Below, piece by piece: positions 24,474-38,336 of a stretch of 64,000 bases of DNA (the stretch's first letter is position 1; each line of letters begins with the position of its first letter). The translations under genes and the position numbers were made by a program. Source of the stretch: Octopus sinensis (lineage: Eukaryota); assembly GCF_006345805.1 (NCBI RefSeq), contig NC_043003.1:83142001-83206000 (forward strand), in the 5' to 3' direction. A model generated the notes under the pieces. That model was not told the DNA's origin and searched no databases. It saw only the letters and a program-made list of their open reading frames with translations.

Positions 24474-26065
24474 GGGGTTGCACACAATAATGGAAACACC
24501 TTAAAATTTCAAACAAAGTTATTGTAATATGTAGTAGGACCGCCTTTTGCAGTAATTACAGCTTGAACTCTAAGAGGTATGAACTCGTACAAAGTTTGAA
24601 TTGTTTCCAAAAGAAATTTTGACCATTCTTCAGCTAAAACATTTTCCAGTTCTTGTACTGATGATGGTGGAGGATATCGACTCCTTACTTGTTTTTCTAA
24701 AATGCACCGTAAATGTTCGATAATATAGAGATCTGGAGATTGTGGCAGTCAGATAAGATGTTCAACTTCACTAGAATGTTCCTCGTGCCATTCAGTAACA
24801 ACTTTAGCTGTGTCAATTGGTGCATTATTATCCTGAAAGATTGCGTTTCACTCCGGAAACAGTTCCGGAACCATAGCATGGATTTGATCAGATAAAATGC
24901 TTAAATAGTCTTGACTATTAATTCTGCAATGACAGGAAACCATTGGGCCGGCGGATTTCCAATATATAGCCTCCCAGATCATCACAGATCATCCTCCATG
25001 TTTAACAGTCGGAAGAAGTCCGTCTGGATCAAATCCTTCTTTTGGCTGTCTGCACTCGTATACTTGGCCAGTGGTTGGAAATAAGGTAAAGGATGAGAAA
25101 ATAACATTCTTCCTCTGCTCTAGGAACCAATTCTGTAGGTTTTTACTCAACTCTGATTGAATTGCAATTTTTGTTTTCGAAAGTCTTGGTTTTCTGATTG
25201 CAACCCTCTCGTGAAATGCGGCTTTCTGCAGCTCCCGCTGAATCTTTCTGTGGAAACTGCGTTTTTAAGGCGGTCATTAAGCACTGCAGTAATTTTAGGA
25301 GCTGTACATTTGTGATCCTTTCTAACAATTCGCGTAAGAGTCCAACAGTCCCTATCTGAAAGTTCTGGTTTTCTTCCGGAGTTTTGTTTCGACGAGAAGA
25401 GTTTTCCCTCTTTCTCAAAGGCTGTCATTACTTTCGAGACAGTACTTCTTGATAGACCAAACATTTCGGCTGTTTTTCGTTACGCTAGCCCCTGCCATAC
25501 GAGCACCAACAGTTTGACCTCTTTGAAAGTTCGACAGATCTGTCATTTTAATGACTTTTAATTAACTTTTTCTGATTATATCTGAAAAGAAACAGCAATT
25601 TTAGCAAAACGTATTAAGCAACACTAATAATAAATGAAAAAAACATAAAAATAAACAAGCTTTTGACGGTTTTATAGATATGATTTTGATTTTGATTTTT
25701 CAGTTTCAGCTAATGAGCTGTGGCCATGCTGGGGCACCGCCATTTGGTTTGCTACACGATTTTACCTCACGGATGCTTTTTAGCAAACGCCATCTGATGC
25801 ATGAGAGAGTTCGATGCAGCTGCCCTCATCTGCACCTCCTGCCTTGAAGTTGGTTCATCCGGGACACCTGACAGGAAGAGATCCAGTCCTACTTTAAAGA
25901 CATCCGCATCTACACCATGCAGGTCCCTCAGCTTCTTCGGGAGGATATTGAAGAGCTGTGGGCCTCTGAAGCCCAGGCTATCACAATATCTTGTCCTACA
26001 TCTTGAATTATGATCAGAATTATGATGCTATGATCCCAGGTGTTTCCATTATTTTCTGCAAACCC
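24474..26065 (-). mobile_element. Tc1-family DNA transposon, decayed, both TIRs present
   Basis: 27-bp TIRs at 24474-24500 and 26039-26065 (24/27 match) with TA flanks. Transposase from ATG 25546: MTDLSNFQRGQTVGARMAGAS..MFGLSRSTVSKV..TVKHGG*SVMIW..FQDNNAP..PQSPDLYIIEHL..AKGGPTTY. First catalytic Asp deleted; frameshifts present. Confidence 0.92.
25681..26012 (-). mobile_element. 5'-truncated CR1/L2-group LINE 3' end nested in the Tc1
   Basis: Uninterrupted frame NSRCRTRYCDSLGFRGPQLFNILPKKLRDL..FKVGLDLFLSGVPDEPT..RAAASNSLMHQ..HP* (stop 25767-25769). 3' UTR ends in (AAAATC)n. Confidence 0.9.
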
Positions 26066-26367
26066 TATACATAAATACACACATACATACATATATATAT
26101 ATATAGGTAGCTAACCTCTATGATAGTACATACTTTTCTTGTCTGGCCCAAGCAATATATTGCCTGTTGTTTAAACTTGACAGATGTTTTGATGAGAATG
26201 TTCCACCAATATTCCATATGTTGACGTTTCTGTCTGCCTGCATTCAATTACAAGGGGATCATCTCTATTTATTCAAGGACAGCATATTTTCACATTGAAG
26301 TTAACATATATATTATACCGAAATATCTTCTCCTTCAATTTTTACCATTGAGAATTAATAGTAATAA

Positions 26368-26607
26368 GGTTAATTTGGGAGGTTAAGCAGTTGGGGATCT
26401 ATGAAAAAGCTGGTAGCAGTACCAATAATTGTCGGAGCCCCGGGAACAGTGAGTAACAATCTTGCGAAGTACGTGGAACAAATAGGGGCTGCGATAAGGC
26501 TGGAGCACTTGCAGAAAATAGCACTGCTTGGAGCCGCTCGAATACTCCGGAAGGTAGTGAACAGCTGACACTGTATTACATCTTCAGCGTTAGAAGCTGT
26601 GCAAAGG
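26368..26607 (+). mobile_element. R4/Dong-type RLE retrotransposon 3' end, family A
   Basis: LIWEVKQLGSMKKLVAVPIIVGAPGTV..LQKIALLGAARILRK. The 3' UTR matches copy 36533-37596 and is followed by (TAA)n. Confidence 0.88.
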
Positions 26608-26608
26608 A

Positions 26609-26642
<34 letters not shown>

Positions 26643-26800
26643 TAATAATAATAATAATAATAATACATAATAATAATAATAATAAGAATAGAAGAAAAGA
26701 AGAAGAAGAAGAAGAAGAAGAAGAGAAGAAGAAGAAGAAGAAGAAGAAGAAGAAGAAGAAGAAGAAGAAGAAGAAGAAGAAGAAGAAGAAGAAGAAGAAG

Positions 26801-27159
26801 GATCAATACCAGCAGATGACAACATTTCTCTAAAAGAAATGGAGAAAATTTCAAAATACAAAGACCTGGAAATAGAGGTAACTCGAATGTGGTATCTAAA
26901 AATAGAAACAATTCCTATCATAATAGGCGCATTAGGTATGATAAAATATTATTCAGACAAATACATAACAAAAATATCATGACTTACAAATATATATAAC
27001 ATAGAGAAAATTGCACTACTGGGCATTGCACACATCCTACGCAAAACACTTTCAATACAGTAACCATAAGAGCATCACAACAAACCACAGCACATAGCCA
27101 GGGTACACAGAGCTGCGCTCGGTAGTGATGTGAAAGCACGATATAAATTTAAAACTACA

Positions 27160-27160
<1 letters not shown>
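26801..27160 (+). mobile_element. R4/Dong-type RLE retrotransposon 3' end, family B
   Basis: SIPADDNISLKEMEKISKYKDLEIEVTRMW..IPIIIGALGMIK..IALLGIAHILRKTLSIQ*. About 90% similar to 33993-34350; lies between (GAA)n and (AAT)n. Confidence 0.9.
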
Positions 27161-27223
<63 letters not shown>

Positions 27224-27765
27224 GAATATATTTTCTTTAAGGTTCATAATTTCATATCATTAATTTCTCTTTAGAAATCAGCATCTAAATCTCCATCTGA
27301 GTGGAAAAATTTTAAAAGATGGTGTACAGAAACCCAAACGATAAAAGTCTAAATTTGCGTGTGAGGATAGATGTGTGTGTATGTGTGTGTGTGCTTTTGG
27401 TGTGTGTATGTATATGCTTGGCTAACTCCAAAACTACTTCAACAGTTTACATACAAGATAGTACCAGCAAAAAGGGTCTATATTATTGAGATTCGCTTAT
27501 CACATCTCATAAATTATAAAAAATATATCTACAAAACTCTTACTGCAATGTCATTATATCTTGTGAGCGAAACACTGACTTCAATTAGGAGGACGGAAAC
27601 ACGCTTAACAACGAAAACAAAACTGTCATTCGAGCTGTGCATGCTTTTCCCTTCTTAATGCACGCCTACACAAACACATAGATATGAATATACATGCATA
27701 CACCAACACCACCACACGCATATATGTGTGTATATATCCATCTATATACACACATGTATGTATGC

Positions 27766-27819
<54 letters not shown>

Positions 27820-27929
27820 TATATATATGTATATATATATAATTATATATATAATGTATATATATATATATTATATATATATGTATAATATATATATGTA
27901 TATATATATATAATATATATATATATATG

Positions 27930-27972
<43 letters not shown>

Positions 27973-28020
27973 GATATATATATAGGGTTGGGGTTAGGTA
28001 TATAGGTCTTATATATTATA

Positions 28021-28070
<50 letters not shown>

Positions 28071-28606
28071 TATATATATATATAATGCGGGTTGGGGTCA
28101 CTTGATCTCTGTATGTCCTGAGAGAGGAAAAAGTCACATAAGCTATATATATGCGTATGAATACTGTGCGTATATATACATATACACGCAGATACTTATT
28201 TATATATGTGATATATATGTATATATATATATAGTCTATGTTGTATATGTACATGTAGACATGCATGTCTAAGTATGTACCGATATATATACATATATAT
28301 ATATTATATTAGAGAGAGAGAGAGAGGGAAATGGAGAGAGAGAGAAAGAGAGCGAGAGATACAAATATATATATATGTATGATGTATATATATTTATGTA
28401 TATTTATATATATGTGTATGTAATATAACTGCTTATATAATATATATATATATATTATATATATATGTATAATATATATATATGTATATATTATTATATG
28501 TATATATATATATATATATATGTATATAATATATATATGTATATGTATATGTATATATATATATGTAATACATATATACATATATATATTACATATATTA
28601 CATATG

Positions 28607-28657
<51 letters not shown>

Positions 28658-29308
28658 CTTTTTATCAGCTGAGGGAATGTGTCTCATTTTAATATAGCTT
28701 TACGTTCCTATAAAAACACTAACAAATACCGTCGCTCTGTGATAACGAGGTTATTTCAAATCGTGTAAGCGGTGAGACAAATAAACAAACAAACAAACAA
28801 ACAAACAAACAAACAAATAAACAAACAGGGCAGCTGACAAACAAACTGACAAACAAATTAAAAAGACAGAATAAATAAAAAAATATCACAAACTAAAATA
28901 TCATTATCCGCTATTTCAAAGTTTTGTGCCGTAAAGTCGGCAATGTTGATTTTTATTCGAAAGGGTAATAATCCGGAACAGGAAATATATAAAAGGTGGT
29001 GGAGAGATGCAAAGAGAAGAGAAAGGGATGAAGTGAATAAATAGAAGAGAAAAGAAAATGACTCAGAGACACAGAAAAGGAAGGTAATAATCACATGAGT
29101 TGGGCATTATGCAGAATCACTTCTTTTAGTTGATTCTATTTCTAGAAATGAACAGTCTAGATTCAAAATGAATAGAGAGTAACTCATCAGGTCTCATTCA
29201 TAGCCATCGACTTTGCATACATCCTCTACTCTCGCCATTTCTTTAACTCTGTCTCTCCTTCTCCCATTCTCTATCTACATATATATACATCATACTATCT
29301 AATACCCC

Positions 29309-29365
<57 letters not shown>

Positions 29366-29643
29366 AATATACATATATAGCAGGTATATATATATATATC
29401 TATATATATATATATATATATATACAATGCATATGTATTTAATATATATATATATATATATATATACATACATCTAAGTATGTATGTATTAATGAGTGTG
29501 CATGCATGTTTGTGTGTGTGTGAGTGTGTGTGTGTGTATACATATCATTACATAGATGTCAGTAGTTACCACCTTAAACATCGCTGCATCGATCTTCCTT
29601 TCATTGAGTTATTAAACATTCAACCTATCCTTATCTTTGACTC

Positions 29644-29782
29644 GATGTCTCTACCACTACTGCTACTACTACTACTACTACTCTACAACTATCACTACTG
29701 CTGCTGCTGCTACTTCTACAAATACTACTGCTACTACAACTACTATTACCAGTACTACTACTACTACTACTACTACTACTAC

Positions 29783-29849
<67 letters not shown>

Positions 29850-30002
29850 AAGGAGAAGAAGGAGAAGAAGAAGAAGAAGAAGAAGCAGGAGGAGGAGGAG
29901 GAGGAGGAGGAGGAGAAAAACAAGAAGAAGAAGAAGAAGAAAACGACGAAGAAGAAGAAGACGACGACGACGACGACGAAGAAGAAGAAGAAGAAGAAGA
30001 AG

Positions 30003-30033
<31 letters not shown>

Positions 30034-30069
30034 GGAAGAAGAAGAAGAAGAAGAAGAAGAAGAAGAAGA
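29644..30069. repeat. Compound trinucleotide array (CTA/CTG)n(TAA)n(GAA/GAG/GAC)n
   Basis: Direct inspection; about 425 bp. Confidence 0.97.
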
Positions 30070-30476
30070 ATTTAGACATACACATTTTGAATTATAAAGC
30101 ACATGAAACGCCTCCCCCAAAAGTTATATGCATGCGTATTCTGTATGTTTCTGTCTTTCTCCTTCCACCCGCCCCCCGCACACATGTGCCCATGCTTGTG
30201 AATAAGCATGTGTATCGTTAAGCATGCCTACACACACATAAGCACACACACATACACTCATACATACACACAGACCTATATATATATTATATATATATAT
30301 ATACAGACATATAAAACATATATATATATATATACATATGCATATATATACATACATATATATGTATATATGCATGTGTATATGCATATTTAAATATATA
30401 CATGCATACAAGTATATACATATATATACATGTACATGCGTGCGCACGCAACACTCACACACGCACACACATACGC

Positions 30477-30514
<38 letters not shown>

Positions 30515-30547
30515 TATATATAATATATATCTATACATATATAGATA

Positions 30548-30585
<38 letters not shown>

Positions 30586-31202
30586 ATATATATATATGTA
30601 TGTATGTATGTATGTTATACTATGCAACGCATATTACATATCGCAGTACAAATATTCATTCACATTTTCTCTTAAAACAAACTACAAACATATATCTATG
30701 CGAGCGAGCACACACCCACGCACACACAGGCGCACGCGCACACACACACACACACACATGCAAGCAAATAAACAAACACACACACAAAAGGAACACAGAT
30801 ATTCACACACTCTCGCACACAATTTCCTTTTATCAACAAGAGAAAATATTCATTTCCTTTTATATTTTGTGTATTTTTCCAAATATTTGGTTCCAGTCTT
30901 CCTTTCATGTTTCTCATTTTTTTAGTAATCAAGCATCCTAGAGGGGTGGCTAAACTAATTCATATCCCATAGTGTATTTTAGATATTTAACGACGCTCTC
31001 TATCTCTCTCTATCTCTCTCTCTATCTCTCTATCACTCTCTATCTCTCTCCCTATCACTCTCACTTCTTCCTTTCTTTTTCGGTTCTCCTTGTTCTTCCC
31101 TCTCATCTTGTCCATCCCCTTGTTTGCCTATCTATCTATCTCTCTCTCTCTCTATCTATATATCTATATATATATATATTATATGATATATATGCGTGGG
31201 TC

Positions 31203-31249
<47 letters not shown>

Positions 31250-31369
31250 ATACACATATTCATACATGTATAAAAAATACATATATAGACCCACGCATAT
31301 ATATCATATAATATATGCATGTATGCATATGTATGTGTGTCTGTATACATATATATTTAAAGTTTATAA

Positions 31370-31453
31370 ATAGTCCTGGGGTCGATTTGCTCGACTAAAG
31401 GCGGTGTTCCAGCATGGCCACAGTCAAATGACTGAAATAAGTAAAAGAGTAAA

Positions 31454-31455
<2 letters not shown>
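31370..31455 (+). mobile_element. SINE family 1 tail (well preserved)
   Basis: gtcctggggtcgatttgctcgactaaaggcggtgttccagcatggccacagtcaaatgactgaaataagtaaaagagtaaaaga. Confidence 0.85.
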
Positions 31456-31527
<72 letters not shown>

Positions 31528-31597
31528 ATAGATGGATAGAGAGATAGATACACACATACATACACATACACACATACATATATCTATCTATCTATCG

Positions 31598-31633
<36 letters not shown>

Positions 31634-31810
31634 TGAAAGAAAGAAAGAAAGAAAGAGAGAGAGAAAGGGAGAATGGAAGAAAGATAGAAATATTTGTGTG
31701 GCTATGTCTATGTTTTGTGTGTGTTTATATGAGTCTATGTATGTTTGAGTAAAATCTTGGTACGTAGTAAAGCGGAAGCCAGAAAACGTGATAGAAAAAT
31801 GCATCATATA

Positions 31811-32047
31811 CGGGGTTGGACAAAAGTCAGCCGGCAGTAAATCAAAATTCCATAAATACTATCTGTAATTCTGTATTGACTCGAATGGAAAAAAAAATGT
31901 ATCGCTCAATAAGGACTTCAGTTTGAAAATATTTTGTGATGTTTCTTATTTAGATGCTTTTCTCAAATTCATTCAGTTGTTAAACATAAATAAATCTTGG
32001 AATTAGACGGTTTTGATTTACTGTCTGGTGACTTTTGGCCAACATTG
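31811..32047. mobile_element. Tc1/mariner-type MITE (237 bp)
   Basis: About 37-bp imperfect TIRs (cggggttggacaaaagtcagccggcagtaaatcaaaa / ttttgatttactgtctggtgacttttggccaacattg) with TA on both sides. Confidence 0.75.
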
Positions 32048-32900
32048 TATGTATGTTTATAGGTGGATGTGTGTGTGTGTGAGAGAGATATGGAAGTGAA
32101 TGTGTCTGCATGAATGCAAACATGCGCATAACATATGCGTATATCATAATGTCTTAGAAAATATAATTTCCAGAGGATTATTCGAAAATGTGTGTTCTGA
32201 CTAAAAGTAAATATTAATAGCTTGAAATTACAAAACAATGTCACATAAAACATTTTATTTATCTAAGAGTTATATGCTGCCAATAAAAGAAATATGATAC
32301 TTTCTCTCTCTCTCTCTTTCACTCTTACTCTCCCTATATTTCTTGCTCTCTGTCTCAATCTCCCTATCCCTATCCCTCGCTCTTTTCTCCCTCTCTCTTT
32401 TTTTTTTGTCACACATACACATACATACATGTATGTGTTGCTATTATGCAAAAGTGTCTTAAGTCCAAAACGTTGCTGCTTCAGAAAGCGAAAAAATAGT
32501 TTCACCATTCCATAGCAAAACTGTTGCACTACACTTTGACAATTTTTGTTATCTTGGCATCTGAAGCAACTGGAGATACGGTTGTTTGAACAAAAGAACC
32601 AGCTATTGCAAGTAAAAATAAATATTGAAAAAGACACATTTGCCCAAATTTGGAGATACGACAGTTTGAAATAATGGCGCGATTTAAATAAGAGTTTTGA
32701 CTGCTATTTCCAGCAGATAAACATAAATAGTATGTCCTTTGATTCATTTTAATCCTTCTGCTATTTAATGTTTTGGGGGACCTGCAATCGCCTATATTAT
32801 TCATTCTGTTGTTATCATTTTTAAATTGTTACACTAGATAATAGTAGAGTCAATGATATCTTCACAAATTATTTTTCTCGTGAATTATTCGCCCCTTATT

Positions 32901-32936
<36 letters not shown>

Positions 32937-32937
32937 T

Positions 32938-32990
<53 letters not shown>

Positions 32991-33206
32991 TATTTGTATA
33001 TATATATATGTAGGTAGAAAGTTAGCTTCAAGCAATCCATAGTAAATGTTGAAAAAAGACTTTCAGGGACAACAATAGTGGCTTACTGCGACGGAAGTTT
33101 GTGGATTTTTTTCGTATCGAAGTACGATAAATTGAAAATAGTTCGTTTTATATTTCACAGTAGGCGGCCAGGGTTACCGAGTGTGCGAATAAGAATACAA
33201 GAGTTA

Positions 33207-33378
33207 CAGAATGGAGTAGATAAGATCCGGGCTACATATGTTTCATAGCGTGCTGTCTACACATACTCATTGACTCTTCCATGTAGCGTGCGGTATACAC
33301 CTCGCTAGGATATTTACTATTTCTGAGGTCCCACTCGCTATCAAACATAATTGCCCAGATCTTATCTACTCTGTTCCG
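33207..33378. mobile_element. Tc1/mariner-type MITE (172 bp)
   Basis: About 45-bp imperfect TIRs with core gagtagataagatc(c/t)gggc..tatgttt(c/g)atagcg. TA at 33205-33206 and 33379-33380. Confidence 0.7.
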
Positions 33379-33934
33379 TAAATATATATACAGACAAACC
33401 AACACCAACCAGTAGTGAACGACAATCATAAAGATACACGCACACACAGGTCTGAACATACACAAACGCACACACACACACACGCCGGCAGACATGCAGT
33501 CAAACAGGCACACAGACAGGCAGACGGACGGATAGAGAGAGAGAGAGAGGGGGTAGATAAACGACGACTTCGTTCAGTTTCTGTCAACCAAATCAATTCA
33601 GTACTCTATGGTCTGCCAGGAGCTATAGCAGAATACACTTCACCAAAATGCTACACAGTGGTATTGGGCCCGGAACTACGTGGCTGAGGAGCAAACTTAT
33701 TGTCGCACATCCACGCCTGTGCATATATATTTCAATCAGCATTTTTCATATATGGCAAGCCATAGTAACGTGATGATATTTCAAGGAATATAAATCTTTC
33801 CACCGGGAAAAACTGCAAAGTGGCTTTCGAATGTTTTAAGTATGAGATAATTTCATCAAGAAATATACTGAGTAGCTTTTAAATGTCTCAATATGTTTAC
33901 GATAATTTTTCTATATTTCTTCTTCTTCTTCTTC

Positions 33935-33979
<45 letters not shown>

Positions 33980-33992
33980 TATTATTATTATT

Positions 33993-35060
33993 CAGTAGTT
34001 TTATTTTTATAGCGTGCTTTCACTTCACTACCGAGCGCAGCTCTGTGTGCCTTGGGTATGTGCTGTGATTTGTTGTGATGCTCTGATGGTTATTGTATGG
34101 AAAGTGTTCTGCGTAGGATGTGTGCAGTGCCTAGTAGTGCAATTTTCTGTATGTTATATGTGTTTGTAAGTCCTGGTGTTTTTGTTATGTATTTGTCTGA
34201 ATATTTTTTTATCATGCCTAATGCACCTACTATGATAGGAATTGTTTCTGTTTTCAGGTTCCACATTCTAGTTACCTCTATTTCCAGGTCTTTGTATTTT
34301 GAGAGTTTCTCCATTTCTTTTAGAGACACGTTGTCATCTGCCGGTATTGATACATCAATTAGAAAGCATTTTTTTTTCTTCATGATCTCTGACAACTATA
34401 TCTGGTCTGTTGGCCTTAATTTCTCTATCTGTGTGTATCGGCATATCCCAGAGTATGGTTGCTTTCTCGTTTTCTGTGACCATTTCTGGTGTGTGCCTAT
34501 ACCATCTTTTTTCTGTTGTTATTCCATAATGTTGGCATAGCTTCCAATGTATGTAGGTTCCAACTCTGTCATGTCTGTGAATATATTCCTTCTTAGCCAG
34601 GACTGGGCAGCTAGAGATAATATGATTTATTGTTTCTTGTCTATCTCCACATATTCTGCAGTTACTTGTAATATTTCTTTTCATTACATGTTTTTGGTAA
34701 TTTCTGGTGGGGAGGCTTTGGTCTTGTGCTGCAATTAAAAATCCCTCTGTTTCTGCTTTGAGTCCTGAGCTTCTCAACCATTGCTGGGATTTTTCTTTGT
34801 CTATTTCTTTTGCGCTTAGTTTAGTGCAGTATTTACCATGAAGGGGCTTTTCTTGCCATCGTTTTATCATGGCTCGTTGCTGTTTTATTTTTAGTTTGGA
34901 TTTCATTTGTTTTATAGCTTTTGTTGTTTCTTCATCATCTTCTTCTTCTTCTTTGTGTTTATTAGGTGGTATGATTTCTTGTTTGTATTTGTCAGCTTCC
35001 TTAAATACTGAGAACAGTTTTTTGTTTTGCTCGTGTTTTGCTGCTATCTGGATCAGTTTT
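33993..35060 (-). mobile_element. R4/Dong-type RLE retrotransposon, family B, 5'-truncated
   Basis: WQEKPLHG..ETEGFLIAAQDQSLPTRNY..CRICGDRQETINHIISSC (CCHC)..RHD..NRPDIV..CFLIDVSIP..EKLSKYKDL (PD..D..K RLE nuclease). Frameshift in an A-run near 34372. (TAA)n on both sides. Confidence 0.95.
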
Positions 35061-35082
35061 ATTATTATTATTATTATTATTA

Positions 35083-36414
<1,332 letters not shown>

Positions 36415-36415
36415 C

Positions 36416-36492
<77 letters not shown>

Positions 36493-36532
36493 TATTGTTG
36501 TTGTTGTTGTGTTGTTGTTATTGTTGTTATTG

Positions 36533-37596
36533 CCTTTGCACAGATTCTAACGCTAGAGATGTACTACAGTGTCAGCTGTTCACTACCAGTGATCTAAGGT
36601 AATACCTCTTATTTTTCGAGCACCTTCCGGATACTCGAGCGGTTCCAAGCAATGGTGTTTTCTGCAAGTATATCAACCGTCATTGCAGCCCATATTTGTT
36701 CCACGTACTTCTCAAGATTTTTACTCACTGTTCCCAGTGCTCAGACAATTATTGGTACTACTGCTACCTTTTTCATCGGCCACAACTGCTTAATTTCCCA
36801 AGCTAACCTGTCATATCTATCGACTTTTCGTTCTTCCTTATCGCATACATTGTTGTCAACTGACCATGCTATATCTATGATCCAGCATAGTTTGTTTTCT
36901 TTCTCAATTAAGACAATGTCCGGCTTCCTATTCTCTATCTCATGGTCGCACTTAATCATAATATCCCACATGATCTTTGCATTTCTATTTTCGACGATGC
37001 CTTCAGGTTTGTGGTCGTACCAATTTTTTCTCTGTCAAGTGCATAGTTGTTACAAAGTGTCCAATGGACAAGCTTGGCTACATTGTCGCGGCATCTCTTA
37101 TATTCCTTCTGGGCTAGTGGCGTACATTGGCTGGTAATATGTCATATGGTTTCACCGTTTTGTCCACAGATTCTGCACTTATCACTTTCTGCTGTGTTGT
37201 CTATTCTGTATTTTATGTAGTTTGTTCTTAGTGCTTGCTCTTGGGCAGCACAGATTAGAGCCTCCATTTCCGGTTTTAAATCACTTTTAGTCATCCACAG
37301 CCATCGTTTTTCTCTGTCTGTTTTATCTTCAACATCCCTATGAAATTAATAATGCATACTTTTCTTTACCCACCTATTTTCAGTTTCATTCGTTTTGAAT
37401 TGCTTGTACAATGCTTCTATCTTTCCAATCTTTCATCCTACACAAGATTTCTTACTTCTAATAATAGCGGTTCTGTGGCATTTTTTACATACTATGCAAT
37501 GTTGTTTTCTTCTGCTCTAATGCTTTATTCGCATCTAATCAGTCCTTCTCCGCCTCTTGTTCTTGGTACATACAATCTGTCTGTGTCACTTTTTGG
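36533..37596 (-). mobile_element. R4/Dong-type RLE retrotransposon, family A, 5'-truncated
   Basis: PKSDTDRLYVPRTRGGEGL..EALICAAQEQALRTNY..CRICGQNGETI*HITSQC..RKPDIVLIEK..IIDIA..VAVVPIIV. (CAA/TAA)n at the 3' end and (TAA)n at the 5' end. Confidence 0.93.
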
Positions 37597-38253
37597 TATT
37601 ATTATTATTATTATTTATTACCCATTCTCTTCTGTATCTTCTAGCTTTTCTTCTTCCTCTTCTTTCCTTTTTATCCACCTTCCTCTTCTGTTATCCTTCT
37701 TCTCCCCTTCTTCCTCCTTCTCGTCTTCCTGCTCTTCTTGCTGTTATTTGATATAAGACCGGGCCTAATTGATCAAACCAATAATCAAGGTCATTAAACT
37801 AACTCATGTTATTTTCCCGCTTTTTAGTATTATTGTACTACGAATTACACTACATTCTAATCTTTGCTTTTAATATGCATTTCGGGAGATATTTGTTGCT
37901 ATCTCTAACAAGTCAAGCAACCGCGTAGAATCTATTTTATTTTTTCGTTTATACCATATTCGTCATCGTTAATGACGTTGATGAATAATCGTTAGATGAC
38001 TAAATCTTTAGAAGAACTGAGAAAATGTCAGTCAAAACTTATATAGCTGGTTACTGTTTAACCATTTGCTTGACCAAAGCATTTACAAGGGTTCGTTTTA
38101 AAGCCCCATACTTATTCTCAGAATTCCTTGTGTGATAGGTTCTGAGTAATATAACGCTTTCCTCTCAAAAGTCTAAAGTTACTCTCAAGTTGAAAAAATA
38201 TTGGGTATGAGTACAATAAATGACTCATATGTGCCAGGGAAACACACACACAC

Positions 38254-38334
<81 letters not shown>

Positions 38335-38336
<2 letters not shown>

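Noticed and set aside
27983-27998. GGGTTGGGGTTAGG telomere-like or G4-like motif
   Set aside because: Only one true TTAGG unit; too short to call an interstitial telomeric repeat.
29637-30221. Poly-T/N/K/E and poly-R ORFs
   Set aside because: Pure trinucleotide array with no unique coding sequence or splice context.
33232-33513. Protein-like peptide IWAIMFDSEWDLRNSKYPSEVYTARYMEESM with apparent splice sites
   Set aside because: Lies within a TA-flanked MITE whose TIR supplies the apparent exon start.
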